Part shown: positions 11,568 through 26,600 of the stretch, in pieces | Numbering within the stretch: position 1 is the first letter of the stretch | Layout of the letters: each line of letters begins with the position of its first letter | Assembly (NCBI GenBank): GCA_964016885.1 | Contig: OZ024765.1 | Coordinates: 21,080,001-21,144,000 of the forward strand | Source of the DNA: Eledone cirrhosa | Lineage: Eukaryota | Direction: 5' to 3' | DNA: 64,000 nucleotides | Position numbers and translations under genes: made by a program | Notes under the pieces: model-generated | The model's database searches: none | What the model saw: the letters and a program-made list of their open reading frames with translations, nothing else | Told to the model about the DNA's origin: nothing

Positions 11568-11732
11568 ATATACAGTATTAATAAATGGAAACTATATTTA
11601 TAAAACCATATTTATTTCATTATATATATTTCAAGGATACCCTGAAGGCATACCATGATTTAACTTGGTGTCCTTGAAATATATATAATGAAATAAATAT
11701 GGTTTTATAAATATAGTTTCCATTTATTAATA

Positions 11733-11740
<8 letters not shown>
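11568..11740. repeat. Fold-back palindrome of the same pLTR-like family as 10110-10477 (core degraded)
   Basis: Arms ...aaatggaaactatatttataaaaccatatttatttcattatatatatttcaagga / tccttgaaatatatataatgaaataaatatgg... Confidence 0.85.
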
Positions 11741-11785
<45 letters not shown>

Positions 11786-11939
11786 TTAGGAATAACGAAA
11801 GAGTGCTTAGAAATACATTGTCATACCAAGGGCAATATATCTGCATGTCTGGGCACATTGATATACTTGTCAACGAAACTATATATATATATGTTTTTGT
11901 TTTGCGAGGTTTTTGATATGAAATCGTGTGTCGAAACAA

Positions 11940-12340
11940 ATATTGTTATACTTGGGGAGGGTCATATTGTCATATTGTCATATTGCCAGAAATAATAATA
12001 CACTCACTGTTTGGTTGGTTTTCACTTCTGTATCTTTATTCTCGGAGAATAAAAATGGCGTAGACATACAATACAACAGGAGGAACATAATAGTACCACT
12101 GATGATGTTACAGATGTGCAACGAAAGAACTTTGTTAGACTATATATATGTGTTTATATCTGTATTATATCTGTATTTTTGACCGTTGGTCAGTCAATGG
12201 TAAACATTGGGGACCGAATGAATTAACTGTGGAGATATAAAAGATACAGAAGCGAAAACCAACCAAACAGTGAGTGTGTTCTGTTGTTATTTCTGGCAAT
12301 ATTATTACAACAATATGACCCTCCCCAAGTATAACAATAT
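11940..12340. repeat. Inverted repeat, ~100-bp arms around a ~200-bp spacer containing a hammerhead-like CTGATGA...GAAA relic
   Basis: atattgttatacttggggagggtcatattgt...ctgtatcttt vs aaagatacag...atatgaccctccccaagtataacaatat. Confidence 0.75.
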
Positions 12341-12499
12341 ATATATGTATGTCTGTGTGTGTGTGTATATATATATATGTATGTATGTATGTGTGTGTGG
12401 CCACCGTCTAATGAGTGAAACGATGGAAGACTAAATCCCTTCAAGACAGTGAGTCAGTAATAGAATGGAAACATTCGAAAGCCACAACAATAACACAAC

Positions 12500-13645
12500 A
12501 ATTACAAAACCACAACACATTAAAACACACAACATGTCACAACACCACACTACATTACATCATAATACACTACACTATACCACACTACACAACACCACAC
12601 CACCTCACAACACATGAGACAATAAAACCAGAACAACACACCACACCCCACCTCACAACACAACACCACACAACACCACAACACCACACAATACCACACC
12701 ACACAACACCACACAACACAACACCACACAATACCACACCACACAACACCACACAACACAACACAACACAACACAACACAACACCACACAACACCACACA
12801 ATACCACACAACACAACACCACACAACACCACACAACACCACACAACACAACACCACACAACACAACACCACACAACACCACACAACACAACACCACACA
12901 ACACAACACCACACAACACCACACAACACAACACCACACAACACCACACCACACAACACCACACCACACAACACCACACAACACCACACAACACAACACC
13001 ACACAACACAACACCACACAACACCACACAACACAACACCACACAACACAACACCACACAACACCACACAACACCACACAACACCACACAACACCACACA
13101 ACACCACACAACACAACACCACACCACACAACACCACACAACACCACACAACACCACACAACACAACACCACACCACACAACACCACACAACACCACACA
13201 ACACCACACAACACAACACCACATAATACCACACCACACCCCACCTCACAACACAACACCACACAACACAACACCACACAACACAACACCACACAACACA
13301 ACACAACACCACACCACACAACACCACACAGCACCACACAACACAACACCACACAACACCACACAACACCACACAACACAACACAACACCACACAACACC
13401 ACACAACACAACACCACACAACACCACACAACACAACACCACACAACACAACAGCACACAACACAACACAACACCACACAACACAACACCACACAACACA
13501 ACACAACACAACACCACACAATACCACACAACACCACACAATACCACACCACACAACACCACACAACACAACACAACACAACACAACACCACACAATACC
13601 ACACCACACAACACAACACAACACCACACAATACCACACCACACA
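12500..13645. repeat. (CACAA)n/(CACCA)n pentanucleotide satellite
   Basis: Direct inspection. Confidence 0.95.
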
Positions 13646-13706
13646 AGTAGAAAACAATGGAGAAGGGAAGTACCAATATTTTTTATTGCAATTTATTCTA
13701 TTTCCA

Positions 13707-13812
13707 TCAGTAAAGAAGTCGTAAAAAACATTTCTTGTGCCATTCCTTCTCCAGCTTTGAGACTGCGCCGCCATCTTGGGCTGTCTTTTGATGTCTTTCC
13801 TGTACAGTGGAG
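13707..13812 (-). CDS. Candidate terminal exon of a convergent gene (one frame: STVQERHQKTAQDGGAVSKLEKEWHKKCFLRLLY*)
   Basis: Unique island between two microsatellites; gttgttgtttacag acceptor (13813-13820); two downstream AATAAA (13692-97, 13682-87). Reading frame ambiguous. Confidence 0.35.
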
Positions 13813-13817
13813 CTGTA

Positions 13818-14203
13818 AACAACAACAACAGTAACAACTATAGTAACAAAAACTACAGTGTAGCTAGAAGTAAACAACAACAACAGTAACAACAACCACA
13901 ACAACAGTAACAACAACCACAACAGTAACAACAACGACAACAGTAACAACCACCACAACAGGAATAACAACAACAACAGTAACAACAACAACAACAGTAA
14001 CAACAACAACAACAGTAACAACAACGACGACAGTAACAACAACAACAGTAACAACAACAACAGTAACAACAACAACAGTAACAACTATAGTAACAACAAC
14101 TACAGTGTAGCTAGAAGTAAACAACAACAACAGTAACAACAACAACAGTAACAACAACAACAGTAACAACAACAACAACAGTAACAACAACAACAACAAC
14201 AGT

Positions 14204-14234
<31 letters not shown>

Positions 14235-14250
14235 GTAACAACAACAACAG
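13818..14250. repeat. (CAA)n / aacagtaac microsatellite
   Basis: Direct inspection. Confidence 0.95.
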
Positions 14251-14438
14251 TTGATAGAAATCAATTTCCTTTGTTTCTAAAATAAAATCTATCAGAAAAA
14301 AAAACACAAGTTGTTTCAAGATTCTAAAACCTGGAACTAAGAAACAATTATTTTGTTTCCATCTTCTGGCATTGGAGATGTTTGGTGGAAGTGGGAGATT
14401 GGTACCTGACACCATTGCTGGTTAACATTATTGAGGTT

Positions 14439-14626
14439 AGACGGTGGATTGGCAGTATCGGTAGAGGGTCGGACGCCATGCTTTCCAGCATAGTTACGTC
14501 CCTTTACGGACTGAGTTCAAATCCCGCCGAGGTTGACTTTGCCTTTCATCCTTACGGGGTCGATGAAATAAAGTACCAGTAATGCACTGGGTAATTGCTG
14601 GCCTTGTGCCTAAAGTAGAAACAATT
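14439..14626 (+). mobile_element. SINE family B with ~15-bp target-site duplication
   Basis: Same head, B box and body as 9636-9820; attattgaggttaga at 14427-14441 and 14624-14638. Confidence 0.9.
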
Positions 14627-17600
14627 ATTGAGGTTAGATGGTGTGCCTGGTGAGGGTACTTGCTGGTTCCAGTGTCTTAGCCTCTCCATCACCTTACATT
14701 AATGAGGTTAGATGGTGTGCCTGGTGAGGGTACTTGGTGGTTCCAGTGTCTTAGCCTCTCCATCACCTTACATTAATGAGGTTAGATGGTGTGCCTGGTG
14801 AGGGTACTTGCTGGTTCCACTGTCTTAGCCTCTCCATCACCCCACATTAATGAGGTTAGATGGTGTGCCTGGTGAGGGTACTTGGTGGTTCCACTGTCTT
14901 AGCCTCTCCATCACCTCACATTAATGAGGTTAGATGGTGTGCCTGGTGAGGGTACTTGCTGGTTCCACTGTCTTAGCCTCTCCATCACCCCACATTAATG
15001 AGGTTAGATGGTGTGCCTGGTGAGGGTACTTGGTGGTTCCACTGTCTTAGCCTCTCCATCACCCCACATTAATGAGGTTAGATGGTGTGCCTGGTGAGGG
15101 TACTTGCTGGTTCCACTGTCTTAGCCTCTCCATCACCCCACATTAATGAGGTTAGATGGTGTGCCTGGTGAGGGTACTTGCTGGTTCCACTGTCTTAGCC
15201 TCTCCATCACCTCACATTAATGAGGTTAGATGGTGTGCCTGGTGAGGGTACTTGCTGGTTCCACTGTCTTAGCCTCTCCATCACCCCACATTAATGAGGT
15301 TAGATGGTGTGCCTGGTGAGGGTACTTGGTGGTTCCACTGTCTTAGCCTCTCCATCACCCCACATTAATGAGGTTAGATGGTGTGCCTGGTGAGGGTACT
15401 TGCTGGTTCCACTGTCTTAGCCTCTCCATCACCCCACATTAATGAGGTTAGATGGTGTGCCTGGTGAGGGTACTTGCTGGTTCCACTGTCTTAGCCTCTC
15501 CATCACCTCACATTAATGAGGTTAGATGGTGTGCCTGGTGAGGGTACTTGCTGGTTCCACTGTCTTAGCCTCTCCATCACCCCACATTAATGAGGTTAGA
15601 TGGTGTGCCTGGTGAGGGTACTTGCTGGTTCCACTGTCTTAGCCTCTCCATCACCTCACATTAATGAGGTTAGATGGTGTGCCTGGTGAGGGTACTTGCT
15701 GGTTCCACTGTCTTAGCCTCTCCATCACCCCACATTAATGAGGTTAGATGGTGTGCCTGGTGAGGGTACTTGGTGGTTCCACTGTCTTAGCCTCTCCATC
15801 ACCCCACATTAATGAGGTTAGATGGTGTGCCTGGTGAGGGTACTTGGTGGTTCCACTGTCTTAGCCTCTCCATCACCCCACATTAATGAGGTTAGATGGT
15901 GTGCCTGGTGAGGGTACTTGGTGGTTCCACTGCCTTAGCCTATCCATCACCTCACATTAATGAGGTTAGATGGTGTGCCTGGTGAGGGTACTTGCTGGTT
16001 CCACTGTCTTAGCCTCTCCATCACCTCACATTAATGAGGTTAGATGGTGTGCCTGGTGAGGGTACTTGCTGGTTCCACTGTCTTAGCCTCTCCATCACCT
16101 CACATTAATGAGGTTAGATGGTGTGCCTGGTGAGGGTACTTGGTGGTTCCAGTGTCTTAGCCTCTCCATCACCTTACATTAATGAGGTTAGATGGTGTGC
16201 CTGGTGAGGGTACTTGGTGGTTCCAGTGTCTTAGCCTCTCCATCACCTTACATTAATGAGGTTAGATGGTGTGCCTGGTGAGGGTACTTGGTGGTTCCAG
16301 TGTCTTAGCCTCTCCATCACCTCACATTAATGAGGTTAGATGGTGTGCCTGGTGAGGGTACTTGGTGGTTCCAGTGTCTTAGCCTCTCCATCACCTTACA
16401 TTAATGAGGTTAGATGGTGTGCCTGGTGAGGGTACTTGGTGGTTCCAGTGTCTTAGCCTCTCCATCACCTTACATTAATGAGGTTAGATGGTGTGCCTGG
16501 TGAGGGTACTTGCTGGTTCCACTGTCTTAGCCTCTCCATCACCTCACATTAATGAGGTTAGATGGTGTGCCTGGTGAGGGTACTTGGTGGTTCCAGTGTC
16601 TTAGCCTCTCCATCACCTTACATTAATGAGGTTAGATGGTGTGCCTGGTGAGGGTACTTGGTGGTTCCAGTGTCTTAGCCTCTCCATCACCTCACATTAA
16701 TGAGGTTAGATGGTGTGCCTGGTGAGGGTACTTGGTGGTTCCAGTGTCTTAGCCTCTCCATCACCTTACATTAATGAGGTTAGATGGTGTGCCTGGTGAG
16801 GGTACTTGGTGGTTCCAGTGTCTTAGCCTCTCCATCACCTCACATTAATGAGGTTAGATGGTGTGCCTGGTGAGGGTACTTGCTGGTTCCACTGTCTTAG
16901 CCTCTCCATCACCTCACATTAATGAGGTTAGATGGTGTGCCTGGTGAGGGTACTTGGTGGTTCCAGTGTCTTAGCCTCTCCATCACCTTACATTAATGAG
17001 GTTAGATGGTGTGCCTGGTGAGGGTACTTGGTGGTTCCAGTGTCTTAGCCTCTCCATCACCTTACATTAATGAGGTTAGATGGTGTGCCTGGTGAGGGTA
17101 CTTGCTGGTTCCACTGTCTTAGCCTCTCCATCACCTCACATTAATGAGGTTAGATGGTGTGCCTGGTGAGGGTACTTGCTGGTTCCACTGTCTTAGCCTC
17201 TCCATCACCTCACATTAATGAGGTTAGATGGTGTGCCTGGTGAGGGTACTTGGTGGTTCCAGTGTCTTAGCCTCTCCATCACCTTACATTAATGAGGTTA
17301 GATGGTGTGCCTGGTGAGGGTACTTGCTGGTTCCAGTGTCTTAGCCTCTCCATCACCTCACATTAATGAGGTTAGATGGTGTGCCTGGTGAGGGTACTTG
17401 CTGGTTCCACTGTCTTAGCCTCTCCATCACCTCACATTATTGAGGTTAGATGGTGTGCCTGGTGAGGGTACTTGGTGGTTCCACTGTCTTAGCCTCTCCA
17501 TCACCTCACATTAATGAGGTTAGATGGTGAGCCTGGTGAGGGTACTTGCTGGTTCCACTGTCTTAGCCTCTCCATCACCTTACATTAATGAGGTTAGATG

Positions 17601-20600
17601 GTGTGCCTGGTGAGGGTACTTGGTGGTTCCAGTGTCTTAGCCTCTCCATCACCTCACATTAATGAGGTTAGATGGTGTGCCTGGTGAGGGTACTTGCTGG
17701 TTCCACTGTCTTAGCCTCTCCATCACCTCACATTAATGAGGTTAGATGGTGTGCCTGGTGAGGGTACTTGGTGGTTCCAGTGTCTTAGCCTCTCCATCAC
17801 CTTACATTAATGAGGTTAGATGGTGTGCCTGGTGAGGGTACTTGGTGGTTCCAGTGTCTTAGCCTCTCCATCACCTTACATTAATGAGGTTAGATGGTGT
17901 GCCTGGTGAGGGTACTTGCTGGTTCCACTGTCTTAGCCTCTCCATCACCTCACATTAATGAGGTTAGATGGTGTGCCTGGTGAGGGTACTTGCTGGTTCC
18001 ACTGTCTTAGCCTCTCCATCACCTCACATTAATGAGGTTAGATGGTGTGCCTGGTGAGGGTACTTGGTGGTTCCAGTGTCTTAGCCTCTCCATCACCTTA
18101 CATTAATGAGGTTAGATGGTGTGCCTGGTGAGGGTACTTGCTGGTTCCAGTGTCTTAGCCTCTCCATCACCTCACATTAATGAGGTTAGATGGTGTGCCT
18201 GGTGAGGGTACTTGCTGGTTCCACTGTCTTAGCCTCTCCATCACCTCACATTATTGAGGTTAGATGGTGTGCCTGGTGAGGGTACTTGGTGGTTCCACTG
18301 TCTTAGCCTCTCCATCACCTCACATTATTGAGGTTAGATGGTGTGCCTGGTGAGGGTACTTGCTGGTTCCACTGTCTTAGCCTCTCCATCACCTCACATT
18401 ATTGAGGTTAGATGGTGTGCCTGGTGAGGGTACTTGGTGGTTCCAGTGTCTTAGCCTCTCCATCACCTCACATTAATGAGGTTAGATGGTGTGCCTGGTG
18501 AGGGTACTTGCTGGTTCCACTGTCTTAGCCTCTCCATCACCTCACATTATTGAGGTTAGATGGTGTGCCTGGTGAGGGTACTTGGTGGTTCCACTGTCTT
18601 AGCCTCTCCATCACCTCACATTATTGAGGTTAGATGGTGTGCCTGGTGAGGGTAGTTGGTGGTTCCACTGTCTTAGCCTCTCCATCACCTCACATTAATG
18701 AGGTTAGATGGTGTGCCTGGTGAGGGTACTTGCTGGTTCCACTGTCTTAGCCTCTCCATCACCTCACATTAATGAGGTTAGATGGTGTGCCTGGTGAGGG
18801 TACTTGGTGGTTCCACTGTCTTAGCCTCTCCATCACCTCACATTAATGAGGTTAGATGGTGTGCCTGGTGAGGGTACTTGCTGGTTCCACTGTCTTAGCC
18901 TCTCCATCACCTCACATTAATGAGGTTAGATGGTGTGCCTGGTGAGGGTACTTGGTGGTTCCACTGTCTTAGCCTCTCCATCACCTCACATTAATGAGGT
19001 TAGATGATGTGCCTGGTGAGGGTACTTGGTGGTTCCACTGTCTTAGCCTCTCCATCACCTCACATTATTGAGGTTAGATGGTGTGCCTGGTGAGGGTACT
19101 TGGTGGTTCCACTGTCTTAGCCTCTCCATCACCTCACATTATTGAGGTTAGATGGTGTGCCTGGTGAGGGTACTTGGTGGTTCCACTGTCTTAGCCTCTC
19201 CATCACCTCACATTATTGAGGTTAGATGGTGTGCCTGGTGAGGGTACTTGGTGGTTCCACTGTCTTAGCCTCTCCATCACCTCACATTAATGAGGTTAGA
19301 TGGTGTGCCTGGTGAGGGTACTTGCTGGTTCCACTGTCTTAGCCTCTCCATCACCTCACATTAATGAGGTTAGATGGTGTGCCTGGTGAGGGTACTTGGT
19401 GGTTCCACTGTCTTAGCCTCTCCATCACCTCACATTAATGAGGTTAGATGGTGTGCCTGGTGAGGGTACTTGCTGGTTCCACTGTCTTAGCCTCTCCATC
19501 ACCTCACATTAATGAGGTTAGATGGTGTGCCTGGTGAGGGTACTTGGTGGTTCCACTGTCTTAGCCTCTCCATCACCTCACATTAATGAGGTTAGATGAT
19601 GTGCCTGGTGAGGGTACTTGGTGGTTCCACTGTCTTAGCCTCTCCATCACCTCACATTATTGAGGTTAGATGGTGTGCCTGGTGAGGGTACTTGGTGGTT
19701 CCACTGTCTTAGCCTCTCCATCACCTCACATTATTGAGGTTAGATGGTGTGCCTGGTGAGGGTACTTGGTGGTTCCACTGTCTTAGCCTCTCCATCACCT
19801 CACATTATTGAGGTTAGATGGTGTGCCTGGTGAGGGTACTTGGTGGTTCCACTGTCTTAGCCTCTCCATCACCTCACATTAATGAGGTTAGATGGTGTGC
19901 CTGGTGAGGGTACTTGGTGGTTCCACTGTCTTAGCCTCTCCATCACCTCACATTAATGAGGTTAGATGATGTGCCTGGTGAGGGTACTTGGTGGTTCCAG
20001 TGTCTTAGCCTCTCCATCACCTCACATTAATGAGGTTAGATGGTGTGCCTGGTGAGGGTACTTGCTGGTTCCACTGTCTTAGCCTCTCCATCACCTCACA
20101 TTAATGAGGTTAGATGATGTGCCTGGTGAGGGTACTTGGTGGTTCCAGTGTCTTAGCCTCTCCATCACCTCACATTAATGAGGTTAGATGATGTTCCTGG
20201 TGAGGGTACTTGCTGGTTCCAGTGTCTTAGCCTCTCCATCACCTCACATTAATGAGGTTAGATGGTGTGCCTGGTGAGGGTACTTGGTGGTTCCACTGTC
20301 TTAGCCTCTCCATCACCTCACATTATTGAGGTTAGATGGTGTGCCTGGTGAGGGTACTTGGTGGTTCCACTGTCTTAGCCTCTCCATCACCTCACATTAT
20401 TGAGGTTAGATGGTGTGCCTGGTGAGGGTACTTGGTGGTTCCACTGTCTTAGCCTCTCCATCACCTCACATTAATGAGGTTAGATGGTGTGCCTGGTGAG
20501 GGTACTTGGTGGTTCCACTGTCTTAGCCTCTCCATCACCTCACATTAATGAGGTTAGATGGTGTGCCTGGTGAGGGTACTTGGTGGTTCCACTGTCTTAG

Positions 20601-23600
20601 CCTCTCCATCACCTCACATTATTGAGGTTAGATGGTGTGCCTGGTGAGGGTACTTGGTGGTTCCACTGTCTTAGCCTCTCCATCACCTCACATTAATGAG
20701 GTTAGATGGTGTGCCTGGTGAGGGTACTTGGTGGTTCCAGTGTCTTAGACTCTCCATCACCTCACATTAATGAGGTTAGATGGTGTGCCTGGTGAGGGTA
20801 CTTGCTGGTTCCAGTGTCTTAGACTCTCCATCACCTCACATTAATGAGGTTAGATGGTGTGCCTGGTGAGGGTACTTGCTGGTTCCACTGTCTTAGCCTC
20901 TCCATCACCTCACATTAATGAGGTTAGATGGTGTGCCTGGTGAGGGTACTTGCTGGTTCCACTGTCTTAGCCTCTCCATCACCTCACATTATTGAGGTTA
21001 GATGGTGTGCCTGGTGAGGGTACTTGCTGGTTCCACTGTCTTAGCCTCTCCATCACCTTACATTAATGAGGTTAGATGGTGTGCCTGGTGAGGGTACTTG
21101 GTGGTTCCACTGTCTTAGCCTCTCCATCACCTCACATTATTGAGGTTAGATGGTGTGCCTGGTGAGGGTACTTGCTGGTTCCACTGTCTTAGCCTCTCCA
21201 TCACCTCACATTATTGAGGTTAGATGGTGTGCCTGGTGAGGGTACTTGCTGGTTCCACTGTCTTAGCCTCTCCATCACCTCACATTAATGAGGTTAGATG
21301 GTGTGCCTGGTGAGGGTACTTGCTGGTTCCACTGTCTTAGACTCTCCATCACCTCACATTAATGAGGTTAGATGGTGTGCCTGGTGAGGGTACTTGGTGG
21401 TTCCACTGTCTTAGCCTCTCCATCACCTCACATTAATGAGGTTAGATGGTGTGCCTGGTGAGGGTACTTGGTGGTTCCAGTGTCTTAGCCTCTCCATCAC
21501 CTCACATTATTGAGGTTAGATGGTGTGCCTGGTGAGGGTACTTGCTGGTTCCACTGTCTTAGCCTCTCCATCACCTCACATTAATGAGGTTAGATGGTGT
21601 GCCTGGTGAGGGTACTTGCTGATTCCACTGTCTTAGACTCTCCATCACCTCACATTAATGAGGTTAGATGGTGTGCCTGGTGAGGGTACTTGCTGGTTCC
21701 ACTGTCTTAGCCTCTCCATCACCTCACATTAATGAGGTTAGATGGTGTGCCTGGTGAGGGTACTTGGTGGTTCCACTGTCTTAGCCTCTCCATCACCTCA
21801 CATTAATGAGGTTAGATGGTGTGCCTGGTGAGGGTACTTGGTGGTTCCAGTGTCTTAGCCTCTCCATCACCTCACATTATTGAGGTTAGATGGTGTGCCT
21901 GGTGAGGGTACTTGCTGGTTCCACTGTCTTAGCCTCTCCATCACCTCACATTAATGAGGTTAGATGGTGTGCCTGGTGAGGGTACTTGCTGGTTCCACTG
22001 TCTTAGACTCTCCATCACCTCACATTAATGAGGTTAGATGGTGTGCCTGGTGAGGGTACTTGGTGGTTCCACTGTCTTAGCCTCTCCATCACCTCACATT
22101 AATGAGGTTAGATGGTGTGCCTGGTGAGGGTACTTGCTGGTTCCACTGTCTTAGACTCTCCATCACCTCACATTAATGAGGTTAGATGGTGTGCCTGGTG
22201 AGGGTACTTGCTGGTTCCACTGTCTTAGCCTCTCCATCACCTCACATTAATGAGGTTAGATGGTGTGCCTGGTGAGGGTACTTGCTGGTTCCACTGTCTT
22301 AGACTCTCCATCACCTCACATTAATGAGGTTAGATGGTGTGCCTGGTGAGGGTACTTGCTGGTTCCACTGTCTTAGCCTCTCCATCACCTCACATTAATG
22401 AGGTTAGATGGTGTGCCTGGTGAGGGTACTTGCTGGTTCCACTGTCTTAGACTCTCCATCACCTCACATTAATGAGGTTAGATGGTGTGCCTGGTGAGGG
22501 TACTTGCTGGTTCCACTGTCTTAGCCTCTCCATCACCTCACATTAATGAGGTTAGATGGTGTGCCTGGTGAGGGTACTTGGTGGTTCCACTGTCTTAGCC
22601 TCTCCATCACCTCACATTAATGAGGTTAGATGGTGTGCCTGGTGAGGGTACTTGCTGGTTCCACTGTCTTAGACTCTCCATCACCTCACATTAATGAGGT
22701 TAGATGGTGTGCCTGGTGAGGGTACTTGCTGGTTCCACTGTCTTAGCCTCTCCATCACCTCACATTAATGAGGTTAGATGGTGTGCCTGGTGAGGGTACT
22801 TGCTGGTTCCACTGTCTTAGCCTCTCCATCACCTCACATTAATGAGGTTAGATGGTGTGCCTGGTGAGGGTACTTGCTGGTTCCACTGTCTTAGACTCTC
22901 CATCACCTCACATTAATGAGGTTAGATGGTGTGCCTGGTGAGGGTACTTGGTGGTTCCACTGTCTTAGCCTCTCCATCACCTCACATTAATGAGGTTAGA
23001 TGGTGTGCCTGGTGAGGGTACTTGCTGGTTCCACTGTCTTAGACTCTCCATCACCTCACATTAATGAGGTTAGATGGTGTGCCTGGTGAGGGTACTTGCT
23101 GGTTCCACTGTCTTAGACTCTCCATCACCTCACATTAATGAGGTTAGATGGTGTGCCTGGTGAGGGTACTTGGTGGTTCCACTGTCTTAGCCTCTCCATC
23201 ACCTCACATTAATGAGGTTAGATGGTGTGCCTGGTGAGGGTACTTGCTGGTTCCACTGTCTTAGACTCTTCATCACCTCACATTAATGAGGTTAGATGGT
23301 GTGCCTGGTGAGGGTACTTGCTGGTTCCACTGTCTTAGCCTCTCCATCACCTCACATTAATGAGGTTAGATGGTGTGCCTGGTGAGGGTACTTGCTGGTT
23401 CCACTGTCTTAGCCTCTCCATCACCTCACATTAATGAGGTTAGATGGTGTGCCTGGTGAGGGTACTTGCTGGTTCCACTGTCTTAGACTCTCCATCACCT
23501 CACATTAATGAGGTTAGATGGTGTGCCTGGTGAGGGTACTTGCTGGTTCCACTGTCTTAGACTCTCCATCACCTCACATTAATGAGGTTAGATGGTGTGC

Positions 23601-26600
23601 CTGGTGAGGGTACTTGGTGGTTCCACTGTCTTAGCCTCTCCATCACCTCACATTAATGAGGTTAGATGGTGTGCCTGGTGAGGGTACTTGCTGGTTCCAC
23701 TGTCTTAGCCTCTCCATCACCTCACATTAATGAGGTTAGATGGTGTGCCTGGTGAGGGTACTTGGTGGTTCCACTGTCTTAGCCTCTCCATCACCTCACA
23801 TTAATGAGGTTAGATGGTGTGCCTGGTGAGGGTACTTGCTGGTTCCACTGTCTTAGACTCTCCATCACCTCACATTAATGAGGTTAGATGGTGTGCCTGG
23901 TGAGGGTACTTGCTGGTTCCACTGTCTTAGACTCTCCATCACCTCACATTAATGAGGTTAGATGGTGTGCCTGGTGAGGGTACTTGGTGGTTCCACTGTC
24001 TTAGCCTCTCCATCACCTCACATTAATGAGGTTAGATGGTGTGCCTGGTGAGGGTACTTGCTGGTTCCACTGTCTTAGACTCTCCATCACCTCACATTAA
24101 TGAGGTTAGATGGTGTGCCTGGTGAGGGTACTTGCTGGTTCCACTGTCTTAGCCTCTCCATCACCTCACATTAATGAGGTTAGATGGTGTGCCTGGTGAG
24201 GGTACTTGCTGGTTCCACTGTCTTAGCCTCTCCATCACCTCACATTAATGAGGTTAGATGGTGTGCCTGGTGAGGGTACTTGCTGGTTCCACTGTCTTAG
24301 ACTCTCCATCACCTCACATTAATGAGGTTAGATGGTGTGCCTGGTGAGGGTACTTGGTGGTTCCACTGTCTTAGCCTCTCCATCACCTCACATTATTGAG
24401 GTTAGATGGTGTGCCTGGTGAGGGTACTTGGTGGTTCCACTGTCTTAGACTCTCCATCACCTTACATTAATGAGGTTAGATGGTGTGCCTGGTGAGGGTA
24501 CTTGCTGGTTCCACTGTCTTAGCCTCTCCATCACCTCACATTAATGAGGTTAGATGGTGTGCCTGGTGAGGGTACTTGGTGGTTCCACTGTCTTAGCCTC
24601 TCCATCACCCCACATTAATGAGGTTAGATGGTGTGCCTGGTGAGGGTACTTGCTGGTTCCACTGTCTTAGCCTCTCCATCACCTCACATTAATGAGGTTA
24701 GATGGTGTGCCTGGTGAGGGTACTTGCTGGTTCCACTGTCTTAGACTCTCCATCACCTTACATTAATGAGGTTAGATGGTGTGCCTGGTGAGGGTACTTG
24801 GTGGTTCCACTGTCTTAGCCTCTCCATCACCTCACATTAATGAGGTTAGATGGTGTGCCTGGTGAGGGTACTTGGTGGTTCCACTGTCTTAGCCTCTCCA
24901 TCACCTCACATTAATGAGGTTAGATGGTGTGCCTGGTGAGGGTACTTGGTGGTTCCACTGTCTTAGCCTCTCCATCACCTCACATTAATGAGGTTAGATG
25001 GTGTGCCTGGTGAGGGTACTTGGTGGTTCCAGTGTCTTAGCCTCTCCATCACCTCACATTAATGAGGTTAGATGGTGTGCCTGGTGAGGGTACTTGCTGG
25101 TTCCACTGTCTTAGCCTCTCCATCACCTCACATTAATGAGGTTAGATGGTGTGCCTGGTGAGGGTACTTGGTGGTTCCAGTGTCTTAGCCTCTCCATCAC
25201 CTCACATTATTGAGGTTAGATGGTGTGCCTGGTGAGGGTACTTGGTGGTTCCACTGTCTTAGCCTCTCCATCACCTCACATTAATGAGGTTAGATGGTGT
25301 GCCTGGTGAGGGTACTTGGTGGTTCCACTGTCTTAGCCTCTCCATCACCTCACATTAATGAGGTTAGATGGTGTGCCTGGTGAGGGTACTTGGTGGTTCC
25401 ACTGTCTTAGCCTCTCCATCACCTCACATTAATGAGGTTAGATGGTGTGCCTGGTGAGGGTACTTGGTGGTTCCAGTGTCTTAGCCTCTCCATCACCTCA
25501 CATTAATGAGGTTAGATGGTGTGCCTGGTGAGGGTACTTGGTGGTTCCACTGTCTTAGCCTCTCCATCACCTCACATTATTGAGGTTAGATGGTGTGCCT
25601 GGTGAGGGTACTTGGTGGTTCCACTGTCTTAGCCTCTCCATCACCTCACATTAATGAGGTTAGATGGTGTGCCTGGTGACGGTACTTGGTGGTTCCACTG
25701 TCTTAGCCTCTCCATCACCTCACATTAATGAGGTTAGATGGTGTGCCTGGTGAGGGTACTTGGTGGTTCCACTGTCTTAGCCTCTCCATCACCTCACATT
25801 ATTGAGGTTAGATGGTGTGCCTGGTGAGGGTACTTGGTGGTTCCACTGTCTTAGCCTCTCCATCACCTCACATTAATGAGGTTAGATGGTGTGCCTGGTG
25901 AGGGTACTTGCTGGTTCCACTGTCTTAGCCTCTCCATCACCTCACATTAATGAGGTTAGATGGTGTGCCAGGTGAGGGTACTTGGTGGTTCCACTGTCTT
26001 AGCCTCTCCATCACCCCACATTAATGAGGTTAGATGGTGTGCCTGGTGAGGGTACTTGGTGGTTCCAGTGTCTTAGCCTCTCCATCACCCCACATTATTG
26101 AGGTTAGATGGTGTGCCTGGTGAGGGTACTTGCTGGTTCCACTGTCTTAGCCTCTCCATCACCTCACATTAATGAGGTTAGATGGTGTGCCTGGTGAGGG
26201 TACTTGCTGGTTCCACTGTCTTAGCCTCTCCATCACCTCACATTAATGAGGTTAGATGGTGTGCCTGGTGAGGGTACTTGCTGGTTCCACTGTCTTAGCC
26301 TCTCCATCACCTCACATTAATGAGGTTAGATGGTGTGCCTGGTGAGGGTACTTGCTGGTTCCACTGTCTTAGCCTCTCCATCACCTCACATTAATGAGGT
26401 TAGATGGTGTGCCTGGTGAGGGTACTTGCTGGTTCCACTGTCTTAGCCTCTCCATCAGCTCACATTAATGAGGTTAGATGGTGTGCCTGGTGAGGGTACT
26501 TGCTGGTTCCACTGTCTTAGCCTCTCCATCACCTCACATTAATGAGGTTAGATGGTGTGCCTGGTGAGGGTACTTGCTGGTTCCACTGTCTTAGCCTCTC

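Noticed and set aside
14640-14700. CTGGTGA in the 74-bp monomer as a satellite hammerhead
   Set aside because: No GAAA, stem III or stem I partner in the unit.
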